This document shows positions 13,377 through 26,359 of a stretch of 64,000 nucleotides of DNA, piece after piece. The DNA is from Chrysemys picta bellii (lineage: Eukaryota), in NCBI RefSeq assembly GCF_011386835.1, contig NC_088791.1, positions 245,520,001 through 245,584,000 on the forward strand, read 5' to 3'. The position numbers and the translations under genes are program-made. Each line of letters begins with the position of its first letter. The first letter of the stretch is position 1. The notes under the pieces are model-generated. The model searched no databases and had not been told where the DNA came from. It saw nothing but the letters and a program-made list of their open reading frames with translations.

Positions 13377-15163
13377 ACCATTGCGGGTGGAGGGGGGGGG
13401 TAGGGAATTGACTACCCCTGGTATAAGGCATACTCAAACCACTACTTTGTGCTTTGTATTTTGAATAGAAAATCAGATTGTTGCTCCCAGGGAGTTTTTA
13501 CAGGCTTCACTATTACAGAGTTCTTTCAAAACAGCAGTCTGAAAGTTTACTGTTTTTCAAAAAGTGTTGCTTTGAATCTTTAACATAGGTATGGATCTTC
13601 CCCCACCTACCTAGAGACTTTCTGAGGAGATGTTTCACTATTTTAATTCCACACACTGTCAATCCATTTGATTGCGGACAGCCTTAACTTGAAATGAGCT
13701 GTTGGAATTCTCATTTGTCAGCTACTCCTTATGGATCTTTAAATAGTGGTCCATTATCAACAATTACTATCGTATACCATGTCTTGCAAACGTGGGTTAT
13801 AAAATGAGAGTTTTTGTGCCTGTATCTGGTAATGTTGCTACTTCAAGAAAATTTGAGAACAACCCCATAATTAATAAGCATGCAGGTCTCCAAATTACCC
13901 ATGCTACCACAACTCTGTTGGAAGAACAGAGAATTTTGCTTTTTTTGCTTTTTCTTCCCCTGAATTTTTGAATTATTCTTGTAGTATTACTGTATCTTCT
14001 TGTTTAAGCTAGTTCTAGATACACGATTCTCAGTTTTCCCTATACTGTTATGTCCTTGTTGCAAAACCTATTATCTTAAGAAAGATGGAATTATGGTTCA
14101 ATTCCTTTCACCAACAAATTCATCTTTGTGGTGCAAATTTTATTTCATCATATAACAAACATTGCTCTGTCAATAAGATTTAATTGCACTGCTGTTTTAT
14201 TTTCCCTTTCTTTGCCTTGATCCTGTGTTAGAGAGCAATGTCTGATAGGCTGGCTCCCATGAACAACATGTTGCCTGGACTATATTCCAGTCTCAGATCA
14301 TATTGTAAACATAATAACTATCTATATCTGTGGAGGAATCTCCTTTGAACTTAGTTGTCCAATTGTGATCAAAGTTTGGCAGTGTGTTTCCACCAAGACT
14401 TAATCCATCTATGTAAGTCACTGAAGTTTTCATTTCCAGAGCACAATCCTGGAGCTTCTTTTTCCATTTGAACAGATATTTAAACTCTGTCTGTTCTTTT
14501 TGTAAGGTTTGCCAGCACAGAGTTTTTTCCTCAAGGTGCCTAGTTTTAAACAGGCTGAAATGACATTTATTTGTGTTAATTTTTAAACTATTTACCCCAG
14601 AATTTTGAGTACAGTTCATAGTCAAGTCATATTTCTTTTGGTGAAATTCATACTTTACTGCTACATCAAGATTTCCTTCTAACACAACACTGGATTTATG
14701 TCATGTCCAAATGGCATATTTATAGTGCTCATTTTGCTCCTTTTCTCATCAAGTACGATTTACCAGAATATGCAGAAGACCGTCTACATTCCAACGGAAC
14801 AAAGGAGAACTGTATGAAAAATACGGGACAAAAGAAAATATATCATGATGTTTCATGGTACAAACCATGCATTTGTATCTCAGCATTGATTTATGGCAAT
14901 AGTCATGCAAAAATGTCTCTTACATTGACTTTACATTAGACATGAAATAAAGGCTATCCTTTAAAATGAAGGTCAGGGGATTGTACTAGTTGCGGGCCAC
15001 AGTGTCTGGGGAAAGAAAAGAACTATTGGGAGGAGGCAAACAGAGGGCATGCCCCCAGACTCCCTTTTGCTCATCCTCATCCATAATAAGTGCCACTATT
15101 GTACAGCTATGATAAACTTGACATGTGTCAGCTTCTATCTGGTAATGCAGTCTCTCTTGGGTG

Positions 15164-15654
15164 CAGGGCCATCTCTAGGCACCAGCAAAACAAGCTGGTG
15201 CTTGGGGTGGCACATTTTTAGGGGCGGCATTCTGGCGCAAGCCATGCCGCCCCTAAAAATGTGCCCCGGCCGCCCTAACTCACCTCCGCTGCTGCCGCAC
15301 ACGCACCGCTGCTCGCCCCCCCCTCCCAGGCTCTCAAACCCAGGAGGGAGGGGGAGATCCCGAGCGGCCGCGGAGAGCGAAACAGCTGATTCGCGCACCA
15401 CGGCCGCTTGGGATCTCCCTCCTCCCTCCCGGGTTTGAGAGCCTGGGAGGGAGGGGGAGACCCCAAGTGGCTGCAGCGCACGCGCTGCTTCTCCCTCTCC
15501 CTCCCAGGCTTGAGAGCCTGGGGGGAGGAGGCAGGGCTGGGGATTTGGGGAAGGGGTGGAGTTGAGGCGGGGCCGGGGGTGGGGTAAGAAAAAAAACGGG
15601 GGGTGGCCAAAATTGTTTTTGCTTGGGGCGGCAAAAATCCTAGAGCCGGCCCTG
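15164..15654. mobile_element. hAT (Tip100/MER45-like) MITE, 491 bp
   Basis: TIRs CAGGGCC(A)TCTCTAG / CTAGAGCCGGCCCTG, perfect 8 bp TSD CTTGGGTG. Contains an internal inverted repeat around 15330-15445. Confidence 0.9.
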
Positions 15655-17184
15655 CTTGGGTGCTTCCTGTCTACAGCACCAGAATACAAGACACAGGGCG
15701 TGCTCCTTTGTGAATTTGCTGCAGGTTTAGAAGAGGAAGAGCATTTTCAGAACTGGATATTGTTAATGTGTATACAACATGGGCAGATATTTTCAAGAGA
15801 TTCTAAACATGTGAAATCTATTCAAAAAGTTGTGATCATCAAGGCAAAACATTCGGCGATAAGCTTGATGCTGGATGTAATGCACTGGGAAGCACAACTC
15901 AGGATCCCAAATGCACAGAATTTGTACTGAGGTGATAAAATCATTTAAGAGGACAGTCACCTGCTTTGTCTCTAGGTACAGATCTACATTAGCATCTGAC
16001 TCAGAAACCACTTATCTGCTTCTAAATCTGACATAAAGAGAAACTTTAGAAAGGAAAGAGAGGTAAATAACCTAGAAAGGAAAATCTTAAACAAAAGTTT
16101 TAAAAGCTGAGACCAGATACTTTGATATCCATTCCAATAGTTTGTTCCTCATAGGAACTCCACCCAGTTTTCACCCTTCTGTACACCAGAACATTTGCCC
16201 TCACCTACGTTAGTAGTTGTGGATGTCTGGTATAGCAGTTAACTGTGCTGGGACAAAGCAGACTGGAAAATGGTTGTTTGCAGAAGGGCAGCTAAAGAGG
16301 GTGATGGAAGGCTGGCACTCCTATGGGAGGGTTATGGTTGAGGCCTAAGGTCTATAGTATATGATAGCCGTGGTAACTGTAAGATGTGTGCTTGTGGATG
16401 GAAGAGTAGACGATATATACTGCTGGCCTTTCATTAAATTTGTGTCAGCCATGGTGTGTGTGTAGCAACACTATTTGCTTCATGACGACACGAGGTTTTT
16501 TTTTTTTTTTTTTTTTAATGTTTAATTGATAGTGGGCATTGGATGAGGTGGGGACAGATTAGTACTGGGGTAGAAGTGCAGTGGGAGAATTTTTTTTTTA
16601 TTTAAATGCCTCAGCAGCTGTCAGTGAATCCTTCCCTGTCATAGGATAAAGTGACAGAAAAGTTTAGCTCCTTATGGAAAAGATTTCATGTGTACCCTCC
16701 CCACTACCCTCACCCACACAACTACAAAGCACACAACCTTTCAGCTGTAACATGACTATCTGCTAAAATCCTAAATCCAAACATTTAAAAAACAAAAAAC
16801 CCACACATCCCCATTGCAACAGTTCAACTTCTCTATCAAGTCCTTTGTAGACAGACAATACTTCAAGAGAGATAGCTATCATCAACAATGAAAGGGGGAA
16901 TGGTCAAGGAACATTTTCAGCCTGAGCCCAAGTTCAAAGGCTTCCTATTAAAAGTTTACAAAGAAAAAACAAAAAAGTTCAAAGCATACAAAAACTAACC
17001 ATCTGTGAAATTTCACACTGACTGATTGTCCCCTTAAAGAGAAAAATAGAAATGTATGCCCCCTTTTAAGCCTACTTTAAAATGCAACCCCAGCTATGAA
17101 ATCATGACCAGGTGCCTCCATAATATTTGTCAAGCTGTAACCAATATTTTGTCAACATGTCTATAAAAGTGTTTCTATAGAGAG

Positions 17185-17596
17185 TACGGTTACCATACGT
17201 CCGGATTTTCCCGGACATGTCCAGCTTTTTGGGCCTCAAATCCCCGTCCGGGGGGAAATCCCAAAAAGCCAGACATGTCCGAGAAAATCGGGACATGCCG
17301 GGCCGGCGGTGCTGGGCCGGGGGCCGGGCCAGCGGTGCTGGGCCGGCGGTGCTCGGCCGGGGGCTGGCCCAGGGCCTGAGCCGACCCAGGCTGGAGACGC
17401 TGGGGGGGCCAGACTGGGCCGCGCCTCCTCCCCCTGCTTCAGGCTTCCCGCGAATCAAATGTTCGTGGGAAGCAGGGGAGGGGGCGGAGTTGGTGCAGGG
17501 ACTTTGGGGAAGGGGTGGAGTTAGGACGGGGGCATGGGCGGGGCTGGGGCCCCATGGAGTGTCCTCTTTTTGGACACTCAAAATATGGTAACCCTA
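17185..17596. mobile_element. Blackjack-like hAT MITE, 412 bp
   Basis: TIRs TA(C)GGTTACCATA / TATGGTAACCCTA, perfect 8 bp TSD ATAGAGAG. Termini are inverted relative to the 12254 element. Confidence 0.9.
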
Positions 17597-18512
17597 ATAG
17601 AGAGGATATTTTTCTCAGTACTGTGCATCATTTTCCAATTACATATGGGAAACAGATTTGTGTCTGTCTTCCTGTTAGCAAAACAGACTTCTACCTCATA
17701 TATCCCTGACTCAGTAATTCTCATGAAGCTACATTGTATATTCATGTTTTGACTAGAACATTTAAACATAACTACAATTACTCACTCTTCAAGCTCTTCT
17801 CAGTTAAACAATTTTTATTCATTTTGTTAGCTTCTGCCAGAGATATTTTTTAGTGTCAAGCAAAATACACCACATTAATTCATTTAGCATATTTTAGTGT
17901 TTATAAATTACCCATCTCAAATTTCCAAGCCAAAATAAGTCTTTGCAACAAGCATTATTTGAAATGTGAAATCAAACTTGCATTACAACCAACACCAAAA
18001 CACCATTCTGTCAGAGCACATGTGTGCACAGTTCACGTTGACTGAATCTGAACAAACTACAAATCAGACCAACTTCCTGCCAAAATCTTATTAGGAAACG
18101 AACACATTAGTAACTCTGCAAAGCAGCTATGGCTATGTACAAATAGCAACATTAAACTAATATTGCTAAAAAGAAAAAATTAACGTACGTTGTAACACAG
18201 AAGCAACTTTTGACTTAGCAGTTAAGTCAAAAATATATTTCTGCAAGTCAGTCAAAAACAAGACACCCCTAACTTTTAGCTTCATAAATACCAACCTTTC
18301 TTGTTGCTTTGTCACGAATTCCAAGCATGTAGCTAATCTCTTCCTTTGAGCATTTACTTTTTTTTTTTAAACTTACGAAGTACAGTACACAACGTTTGAG
18401 AGCCAAATGAAATAAGAAGCTCCAGGCACGAACGTTAAACTCCAAAGAACATAAATCTCAAGTTCAGTAAAACTGACATATTCAGTTTAGTGCAGTGTCT
18501 TCCCAGGAAAAC

Positions 18513-18532
18513 TGGTTTCCATGGAAACCAAT
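18513..18532. promoter_or_regulatory. Perfect palindromic RFX X-box with overlapping CCAAT
   Basis: TGGTTTCCATGGAAACCA is an 18 bp palindrome containing GTTTCCATGGAAAC. CCAAT at 18528-18532; TTCCCAGGAA lies just 5'. Confidence 0.55.
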
Positions 18533-18879
18533 GGCTGCAGATGCTTTACCATTCAATAGGGAAAGACATTTCTTCAGTGAGATCCTTGCTTACTTGCAAA
18601 ACAGAATTCTGCAACTTTTTTTTTTTTTTTTTTTTTTTTTTTGCAAACACCACTTATCCTTATCACTGAGGGAGAGATCTTCATCCTCACTCTGTCTTCA
18701 TTACTCTGGGTAAAAGGCATGCAGTATTTTTAGGCCCCTTTATGCCACTCCATCTGGCATTGGAAGGATCCCCTCACAAACCGTGAAGTAGGGGTCCTGA
18801 AAGAGGCAGAGCATGCAGCATTCTGCAGATTCCAGGCAGTGCTGCAGACATAGAACAGCCCAAAGACGCTGATGTACTT

Positions 18880-19138
18880 GAGTACAGCTACACTGTAATA
18901 AAAGACCTGCAGCACCGGGGTGGCTGCTGGCCAAGGTCAGCTCATTCAGGTTCATGGGGCTCACTCATGGGACTATAAAATTGTAATGTGGGGTCTCAGA
19001 GCCTGGGCTCCAGCCTGAGTCCAAACATCTACACTGCTATTTTTAGCCAGGCAACCTGAGCTTCATGAGCCCAAAATCAATTGGCCCAGGCTCTGAGGCT
19101 CCATGCCGCAGGTTTATTATTGCAGCATAAACATACCC
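18880..19138. mobile_element. PIF/Harbinger-like MITE
   Basis: Degenerate TIRs gagtacagctacactg / cagcataaacataccc, followed by TTA. Confidence 0.7.
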
Positions 19139-19689
19139 TTACATCCCCCAGGCCTGTCAAAATTGTGCCAGGACCTGTCCAGCCATAAAGCCACCTTAGC
19201 TCCCCTCTCCCTGAGCTAAGCTTCCTTAAAGGCACAGCACGGGAACCTCGTCATGCAAATAGAACATGGCAGGCATGCCTTTTATTGTTGCAAGCACGAA
19301 ATTCATCACTTCACTTTTACACCTTCTAATTAGGAGCAGTATATACGGTTTCTTTTGACCTGAATTGTGCCAAGAAAAAGAAAGGCTATGATACAGAATG
19401 GGGACTTTGCCATTTGCAGTGTGATGGATGGTATTTTTAGAAAACGTATTCTCTTATTTTAGGTAAAAGTTGATAGAAGTGAATTTTTTGGAGGAATTAA
19501 AAAATAAATGTCTTACCTGAATTAATCAACATGCATGTTTTATCACAATTCTTCATTCAGGGCCTACACTAATCTGTAAACAATATTTACAGACACTGGT
19601 GTCTTTTCATTGCTAGCTACAGCAGAAGTGGCTCCTGTGCTCTTGTGGGTTAAGAGAGAAGGTCCTCCCATGGATCAGTAACTGGCTAA

Positions 19690-20100
19690 GGAATAGGAAG
19701 CAAAGGGTAGGAATAAAGAGTCAGTTTGCACAATCTAGAGATGTGAACAATGGGATCACCCAAGGATCTGTAGTGGGACCTGTGCTGTTCAATATTCATT
19801 AATGATTTGGAAAAGAAAGCTAACAGTGAAGTGGCAAAGATTGCAGAGGATACAAAATTATTCAGGATAGTTACATCTGAAGCCAACTGTGAAGAGTTAC
19901 AAAGGGATATCAAAACTGGGTGACTAGATGACAAAATGGCAGATGAAATTCAACAATAAGTGCAAAGTAATGTACATCGGAAAAATAATCCCAACTGCAC
20001 ATAAATAATGATGGATTCTAAATTAACTGTTACCACTCAGGAAAGATCTTGAAGTCCATGTGTGGACAGCTCTCTGAAAACTTCAGCTCCATGGGCAGCA
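19690..20100 (+). mobile_element. CR1 reverse-transcriptase fragment
   Basis: Translates to GSVVGPVLFNI..ND and K(I)A(E)DTKL, matching CR1 GSVLGPVLFNIFINDL...KFADDTKL. Confidence 0.85.
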
Positions 20101-21040
20101 GGTATAATAGGCCAGGGCAGGCTAAGCCTCCCCTGGCACAGCTGCCGACGCCAGATGCCAGTTGCAGGGTTTGCACGGGAAAGTTTTTGCTTATTATTAT
20201 GTGCCATGCAGGTTCTAGAGCGGCTGAGGTGGCGGTATGTGCTTCTCAGCTTCCTAGGTTCATCAGTTATCTCCCTGGACTGTTTTTGCAAAGTTGTGTT
20301 GTTTCATAAGTTATAGTCATCAGTGATGAAACATTTGTATTTTTTAGGATGCAAGTAAAAATAATTTTAAAAATTTGGCAAAACTGTATCATACAGTAAG
20401 AAGGGAATTTTAAAGTTATTTTTTCCTCTCCCTCCCTCCCCTCCCATGCAATCTTACTGTTGGGGCATTCAACTCATAACTCAATACATTAATTTCTATA
20501 AATATACTTGCAGATCTCTTAAATAACAGATTCCCAATCTGCTATGTTTTCATACCTTACTGGAAACATTATGTAAACCGTATTTGCTGTTTTATAGTAA
20601 TGCCTTCTCTCTCTCTCTCGCTCTCTCCTTGTGTTAAATCCAAGTCTCTAGAATATTTCAAAACCTCTCACCCCTTCACTGCCTCAGTCCTATTGATTCA
20701 ACAGCAGCATCTGCCGGCTGAGCAGAAGTAGGATTCAATTTCTGAAGAAAGCTCAGTACAGATCTTTTAGGAAGATAGATTCGTTGGGCTATGAGATTTG
20801 CATTCAGAGAAACGGGAAGGAATTATAGTTAAGCCCCCAGACCCTTCATATCCAGATGCAAAGAGTGCAATGAATTATCCCCATTGGTCCTTAATATTGT
20901 CCTTAAGCAGGACCTGTTAATTTTGCACAAATAGAAAAATTTGAACAGCCTCCATTGTAGGCAATGAAGAGCTTTACTATTATATTCCTTTTAGCTGTTC
21001 AGTTCAATTTCCCCATAGCTAGGCTAATTAAATGGGTGAT

Positions 21041-21860
21041 TCTCAGGGTTCCCTCCCCACTCTCAGATGTGGGGACCCGCATGAAAGACCCCCTAAGCTT
21101 ATTTCTACTAGCTTAGGTTAGAACTTCCTCAAGGCATAAATCCTTTCCTTGTCCTTGGACGGTATTGCTGCCACCACCAAGTGATTTAGACAAGGATTCA
21201 AGAAAAGGACCACTTGGAGTTCCTATTTCCCTAAAATATCCCCCCAAGCCCCTTCACCCCCTTCCCTGGGGAGGCTTGAGAATAATATACCAACCAATTG
21301 CCTTTAATAAAAGTACAGACCAGACCCTTTATTTTTAGGACACTAAAAATCAATCAGGTTCTTAAAAGAAGAACTTTATAATAAAGAAAAAAGTAAAAGA
21401 AGCACCTCTGTAAAATCAGGAAGGAAGGTAATTTTACAGGGTGATAAAAAGGTTTAAAACACAGGATTCCCCTCTCATCTCAACTTCAAAGTTACAAAAA
21501 CAGGAATAAACCTCCCTCTTAGCATAGGGAAAATTCACAAGCTAAAACAAAAGATAATCTAACGCATTTCCTTGCCCTTACTTATAATTTCCGTAATTTT
21601 AGATGGATCATTTCAAGGTATCTTTTCAAGAGATGGGTTACCTGCTTGGCCTCTCTCTCTATCCAGAGGGAACAACAAAGAGAGCACAAACAAAACCTGC
21701 CTCCCACCCCAGATTTGAAAGTATCTTCTGGTCAGTGCCAACTAGGTTAATTGAACTGATTAACCCCTTACAGGTAAAAGGATTCTGTACCTCTGGCCAG
21801 GAGGGATTTTATGTTACTGCATACATAAAGGTTGTTACCCTTCCCTTTATATTTATGACA
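21041..21860 (-). mobile_element. Solo LTR (820 bp), same family as 286-1111
   Basis: Reverse-complement similarity to 286-1111; termini T(C)TCA...TGACA; perfect 5 bp TSD GTGAT (21036-21040 / 21861-21865). Confidence 0.9.
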
Positions 21861-22369
21861 GTGATACAAAAAGTATAGCCTCAACTACAGGCTATCGTAT
21901 CAAGTAAAGGTTCTCAAACATCTCAGAAAGCAAGTCCACTGTGTGTAGGTCCATTAAGGGCTAACTGCTTAAAGCGGGTAGAAAGTGAACTGACAAACGT
22001 ATGTCATATGCCAAGGCTCAAATATGGGTCATACTATATGAAAAAAGCCCCAAAATAAGGGACAGAAAAAATATTCATGTATGAAATTTAAAAGCCATGG
22101 GATGCATTCATTTAGTGTACATGCTGCTGTCTATAATCTCATTTTCACAATTCTTTATTTCTAAAATACTTTTCAACAAGAGAAGGAACAGCAAATTGGT
22201 ACGAAATACAAGGAACATTGTTCAAAATTAGATACAACAAAGGAAGCCACTTTATCAGCATACCTCTTAACATCCCTTGCAACACCAGCAGAATGCCTGA
22301 GATGAGAAAGAGTGTTTCTTTCCCTATGGGCAAATTGAACAAGCTCCCATAAAAAAAAGCATTATTTTT

Positions 22370-22797
22370 GGAGGTATGCCGGAACCGGGGGAGGGGGAGA
22401 GAAAGGGAGAGGGAGAGAGAAGCAAGGGGCCATGGCCCTCCCACTTTTGAAAGTGGATGGGACTAGCCAGTCCACTTCTTGCCATAGGCCCCGCCCCCTA
22501 CTCCTCCTCTTCCCTGAAGCCCCAACCCTGGTCAGACCAGAAGCTGGAGCCTGGCCCAGCCAAGAGTGGTCTGGGGAGCCCAGCCAGCTGTGAGAAGCCA
22601 CAGACCCTCCATCTGCCCAGGGTGGGGCGGCCCATGGCCAGGCTGCAGCTCTTCGACCCATGAGACCCCATTCGCAGGCCAGGCCGGAAGCTGGAGCCAG
22701 GTCAGGGTAGAACCGTGCAGGCAGCTGTGCAGAGCTGCGGACCCTCCACCTGCCCGGGGCGGGGGGGGGGGGGGGGAGAGAAGAGGTCTCCGTAGCC
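22370..22797. mobile_element. GC-rich MITE-like fragment, possibly continued at 23894-24028 across an LTR insertion
   Basis: Composition and motifs (ggccatggccctcccacttttgaaagtg) resemble turtle hAT MITEs. TIRs and TSD not resolved. Confidence 0.4.
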
Positions 22798-23893
22798 CAT
22801 AGGATTATTTTGCTAGCTATTATATCCTATTAATTCAGCCAGCAGTATTAATTAATATGTTTATTTTTCTTAAATTAATCCATTTTATTCTTATATTTCA
22901 TTAGTATTAACTCCTTGGAATTTAGGATGGGTTGAGGCATGTGTTTCCTAATAAGTTTTGCTGAAATGCAAGAAGCCTACCAGACTGTAAGATCTGCTAT
23001 ATAGCAAAAAGTATAATCAGTTATGAATATGTCAGCATAAAACCTTGCAACCTTTGGCACAGATAAGAATGGTCCCTGAACTTTGGGGAACCAAAGGGAG
23101 GAACTATCCACATCATATCACAGGTTTATCCGGAATCTACAACTGGTTGGTAACCGCAGGGTACACCACAACTTGGAGGTCACCAAGAGAGCCTAGGTTG
23201 GCAGTTTTGGAGTAAGATAATCCTTATTTATATTTAGAAAGTGTCAATCCCCTAGCCTATCGGAGAAGGGTACCCATAAGTTTCTTAGGGTACGGAAATA
23301 GCCTGAATTACGTAGGTCAGGTTCCTATAAAATACCTTGTAAAAGGGCTGTTCTAGGCTCTTTTAACTCCTGAAGCTTCGGTTTCTTGGAGTGCTTTCTC
23401 TAGTTCTCCTACATTCATCTGTGTATTCTATCCTCTATCACTCTATCAGCTCAGATTGTGTAGTATAGTATAACTACTCAACATTCCTAACCATTGGGGA
23501 AGTCAGCACCATCGCGTAATCGGGCATGCCAGGAGTGAGGCTGGTCCTTCACCTCCTATTACCGGGTCCTCAAGGAAGGGTGAGAGTATGTTAGGTTAAG
23601 GTACTTATAATAGAAATGTTACCACCAGGAGTTTTGGAATTCTTTTACTGTTTTGCAATTATAAGTTTCATTGCATTCCTTATTTTTATGTTAATTTCAA
23701 TAAAGGTTTTATCAATTTGGCATTGTCCTCAGTGTACGTGTTCTTGCCAAGCACCCCGAGAGTCTTCTCTTGATATAGAGCTCTCTGAGTTCTTGAACTC
23801 TGTAGTCTGAATTGGACAAGTACCTGTAAATCTTCTGGTCGGATGCAATCAGTGGCGAGCCATAATAACTAACCCATCAAATTCAGGTCAACA
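22798..23893 (+). mobile_element. ERV1-like solo LTR (~1.1 kb)
   Basis: TATAAAA at 23326, AATAAA at 23699, 3' end ...TCAACA, candidate 4 bp TSD AGCC (22794-22797 / 23894-23897). The 5' end reads CA rather than TG. Confidence 0.65.
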
Positions 23894-24059
23894 AGCCTGA
23901 GCTCCCTAACCTGGCCAGGACCGGGGGGGGGGAAGAGGGGGTGGAGAGGAGAGGAATGGCAGGGGCGGGGACACAGAGGAGGCAGAGCCTCATGGGCCTC
24001 TACTTTTAGGAGGCATCAATCACTCCTGACCCTTTATAAAAGATGACTAAAGACAAACT

Positions 24060-24862
24060 TTCAAAATGATGGAATCTAAATTAGCGGTTACCACTTAAAG
24101 ATTTTGGAGTCATTGTGAATAGTGCTCTAAAAACGTTTGTTCAATGTGAAGCAGCAGTCAAAAAAGCTAACAATGTTAGGAACCATTAGGAAAGGGACAG
24201 ATATGATATTTTCTGTCTTATTGCCACTAAATAAATCCATGGTACGTCCAGACCTTGAATGCTGCATGCAGTTTTCATCACCCAATCTCAAAAGATATTA
24301 GAATTGGAACAGGTACAGAGAAGAGCAACAAAAATTATTAGGGGTGTAGAACAACTTCCATATAAAGCGAGATTAAAAAAGACGGACTTTTCAGCTTGGA
24401 AAAAGAGATGACTAAGAGGGGATATGACAGATCTATAAAATCATGAATGGTGTGGAGAAAGTGACTCAGGACATGTTATTTATTCTGCTGCATAAAACAA
24501 GAAACAGGTCACCCAATGAAATTAATAGGCAATAGATTTAAAATAAAAGAAAGTATTTCTTCACACAACCTGTGGAACTCCCTGGCAGGGGGTGTTGTGA
24601 AGGCCAAAACTATCATGGAGTTCAAAGAAGAATGAGAAGTTCACAGAGGTTAAGTCCATCAATGGGTACTAGCCAGGTTGGGGATGCAACCCCATGCTCG
24701 GAGTGTCCCTAGCCTCTAACTGCCAGAAGGACGACAGGATGGACCACTTGATTACTACCTGTTCATTCCCTCCAAAGCACCTGGCATTGGTCACTGTCAG
24801 AAGACAGGATAGTGGGCTAGATGGGCCATTGATCTTACCCAGTATGGCTTTTCTTATGTTAG
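24060..24862 (+). mobile_element. CR1 LINE, 5'-truncated, with 3' UTR
   Basis: VRPDLECCMQF..P and VQRRATKIIRGVE match the CR1 ORF2 C-terminus; 3' UTR ends gggctagatgggccattgatcttacccagtatggcttttcttatg. Confidence 0.9.
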
Positions 24863-25964
24863 ATGGATCAGTCTGCCTCGGGATCCTTCAGATGTCAAAA
24901 CTGGCATCTGTGACCTCCATACACAGCCCAATCATATATCAGTTATTGAGGCACGACTGGGGAAACCTCTACCAGCACAACTGCCCACTCTTTTAGGGAC
25001 CAGCACTCCACCTCCCACAGACCTCATTGGCAGCACTGAAGGAGTGCCTTCACCACCCTAGCCTGCCTTCACCACCGACAATCCTCTCTGGATTGCTGGA
25101 GTTAGGGATCATCCAACAGCAGTTCAGCATGCACAAATCTTCCATTAGTGCAGGGTCCCAAGAGGAAGCAGAAATGAACCACCATCTCCATGGTAATACC
25201 TAGGAACAACTCTACCCTGAGGTGCTTCCTGACTGAAAGTCACACACCTAAAGAGGGTTGTTACAATGGTTATTTTTTCTTCCAATGCATTTAGTAATTT
25301 GTGATAGTACTTCTCACCAGGTGAGCTTCTTCAAAAACAGGTCATACACTTTTGACAGGATTAAACTTAATCAACAAAAACAACAGGTGTAACATGAGCA
25401 GGATCTCCTCCGCATAAGTTATGAAATATATTTCCATGTGCAATTGCTAATCTGTTTTGAAGAATAACCTGTTCACTGGGTAGCTTATCTTGCATTTTAA
25501 GAAAACAAACAGTAATTTAATTATGAACAATTTAAACTAATTTCAAAGAATCACAATTTTTCTAATGTACCTTATAATCAAATAGGTTCAAACCAATCTG
25601 ATAAACTGATCTGAGAAAATAATACAATTCACTAAGTGACTCTGCAGATTAAATATCCTGCTTTTAACCTCAAGCGATTAAAACAAAAAACACAAACCTT
25701 TTCCTCCCGCAAAAAATATATTTGACATATGACCATTTTTTAAACTATAAGCAATTCTAAAAAACCTATAGTATGTATTTTTAAGAGACAAAGAACTCAG
25801 TGATAAGCATTTTGTCTGGAGTTTGTCCAACAGGATGAAAAATAAAAGGAACTATCAATCTTCAACTATAAAAATATAGTTTTTTCTGCACAACCCTTTC
25901 CATTGGGAGGAGACACTTGTTTCTAGCCATAGTAAAATGCAAGATTACAACTTTACAGCACAGC

Positions 25965-26043
25965 GTGTGTGTGTATTTATATATCCTGCTCATATTACAA
26001 CTGCTATATACATATATACACACACATACACACACACACACAC
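25965..26043. repeat. Compound (TG)/(TA)/(CA) microsatellite
   Basis: gtgtgtgtgtgtatttatatat...tatacatatatacacacacatacacacacacacacaca. Confidence 0.85.
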
Positions 26044-26359
26044 AATGCTATTTTTGTTATGAATTTTCTCCCTTTAGGTGGGGATAGTTTGACTCATGTC
26101 ATTTAGTGGAATGCTGCAAAGGTCCACTTCAGCAAATAGATACAGGATTAGGGCCCAAGTTTGTAACCTTAGTATTACAAATTTTATATAAATATATTAT
26201 TTCACTGAGTTTTTAAAAACAATTACAAAAAGCATACTGTGTCAACTCCTAAGTGCCATGAGCAATAATACAACTCAATCTAATACAAGACTATCTATAC
26301 AAAGAAACCACTTTTAATCACTTAATTTTAATAAACTACAACAACAATCCTAAACTTAC

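Larger units (their letters stand above)
12099..13420. mobile_element. hAT (Charlie-like) MITE, host of a nested element
   Basis: TIRs cagcagtagtcaa / ttgactacccctg, perfect 8 bp TSD GTATAAGG (12091-12098 / 13421-13428). Confidence 0.88.

Noticed and set aside
14293-14685. 130 aa minus-strand ORF in AT-rich DNA
   Set aside because: No recognisable domain or convincing splice sites. The region 13500-14700 may be a very degraded LINE (a frameshifted VI.GDLHA resembles an endonuclease motif), but I cannot support that without an HMM search.
15049-15930. Overlapping 119-184 aa ORFs
   Set aside because: Mostly within the Tip100-like MITE; no coherent protein.
19517-19573. Strong minus-strand donor CAG|GTAAGA with a possible 57 nt exon
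   Set aside because: Weak acceptor, stops in all frames and no independent support; could be chance.
23853-23861. TGGCGAGCC as a primer-binding site implying a proviral internal region
   Set aside because: It lies inside the apparent LTR, and no gag/pol sequence follows.
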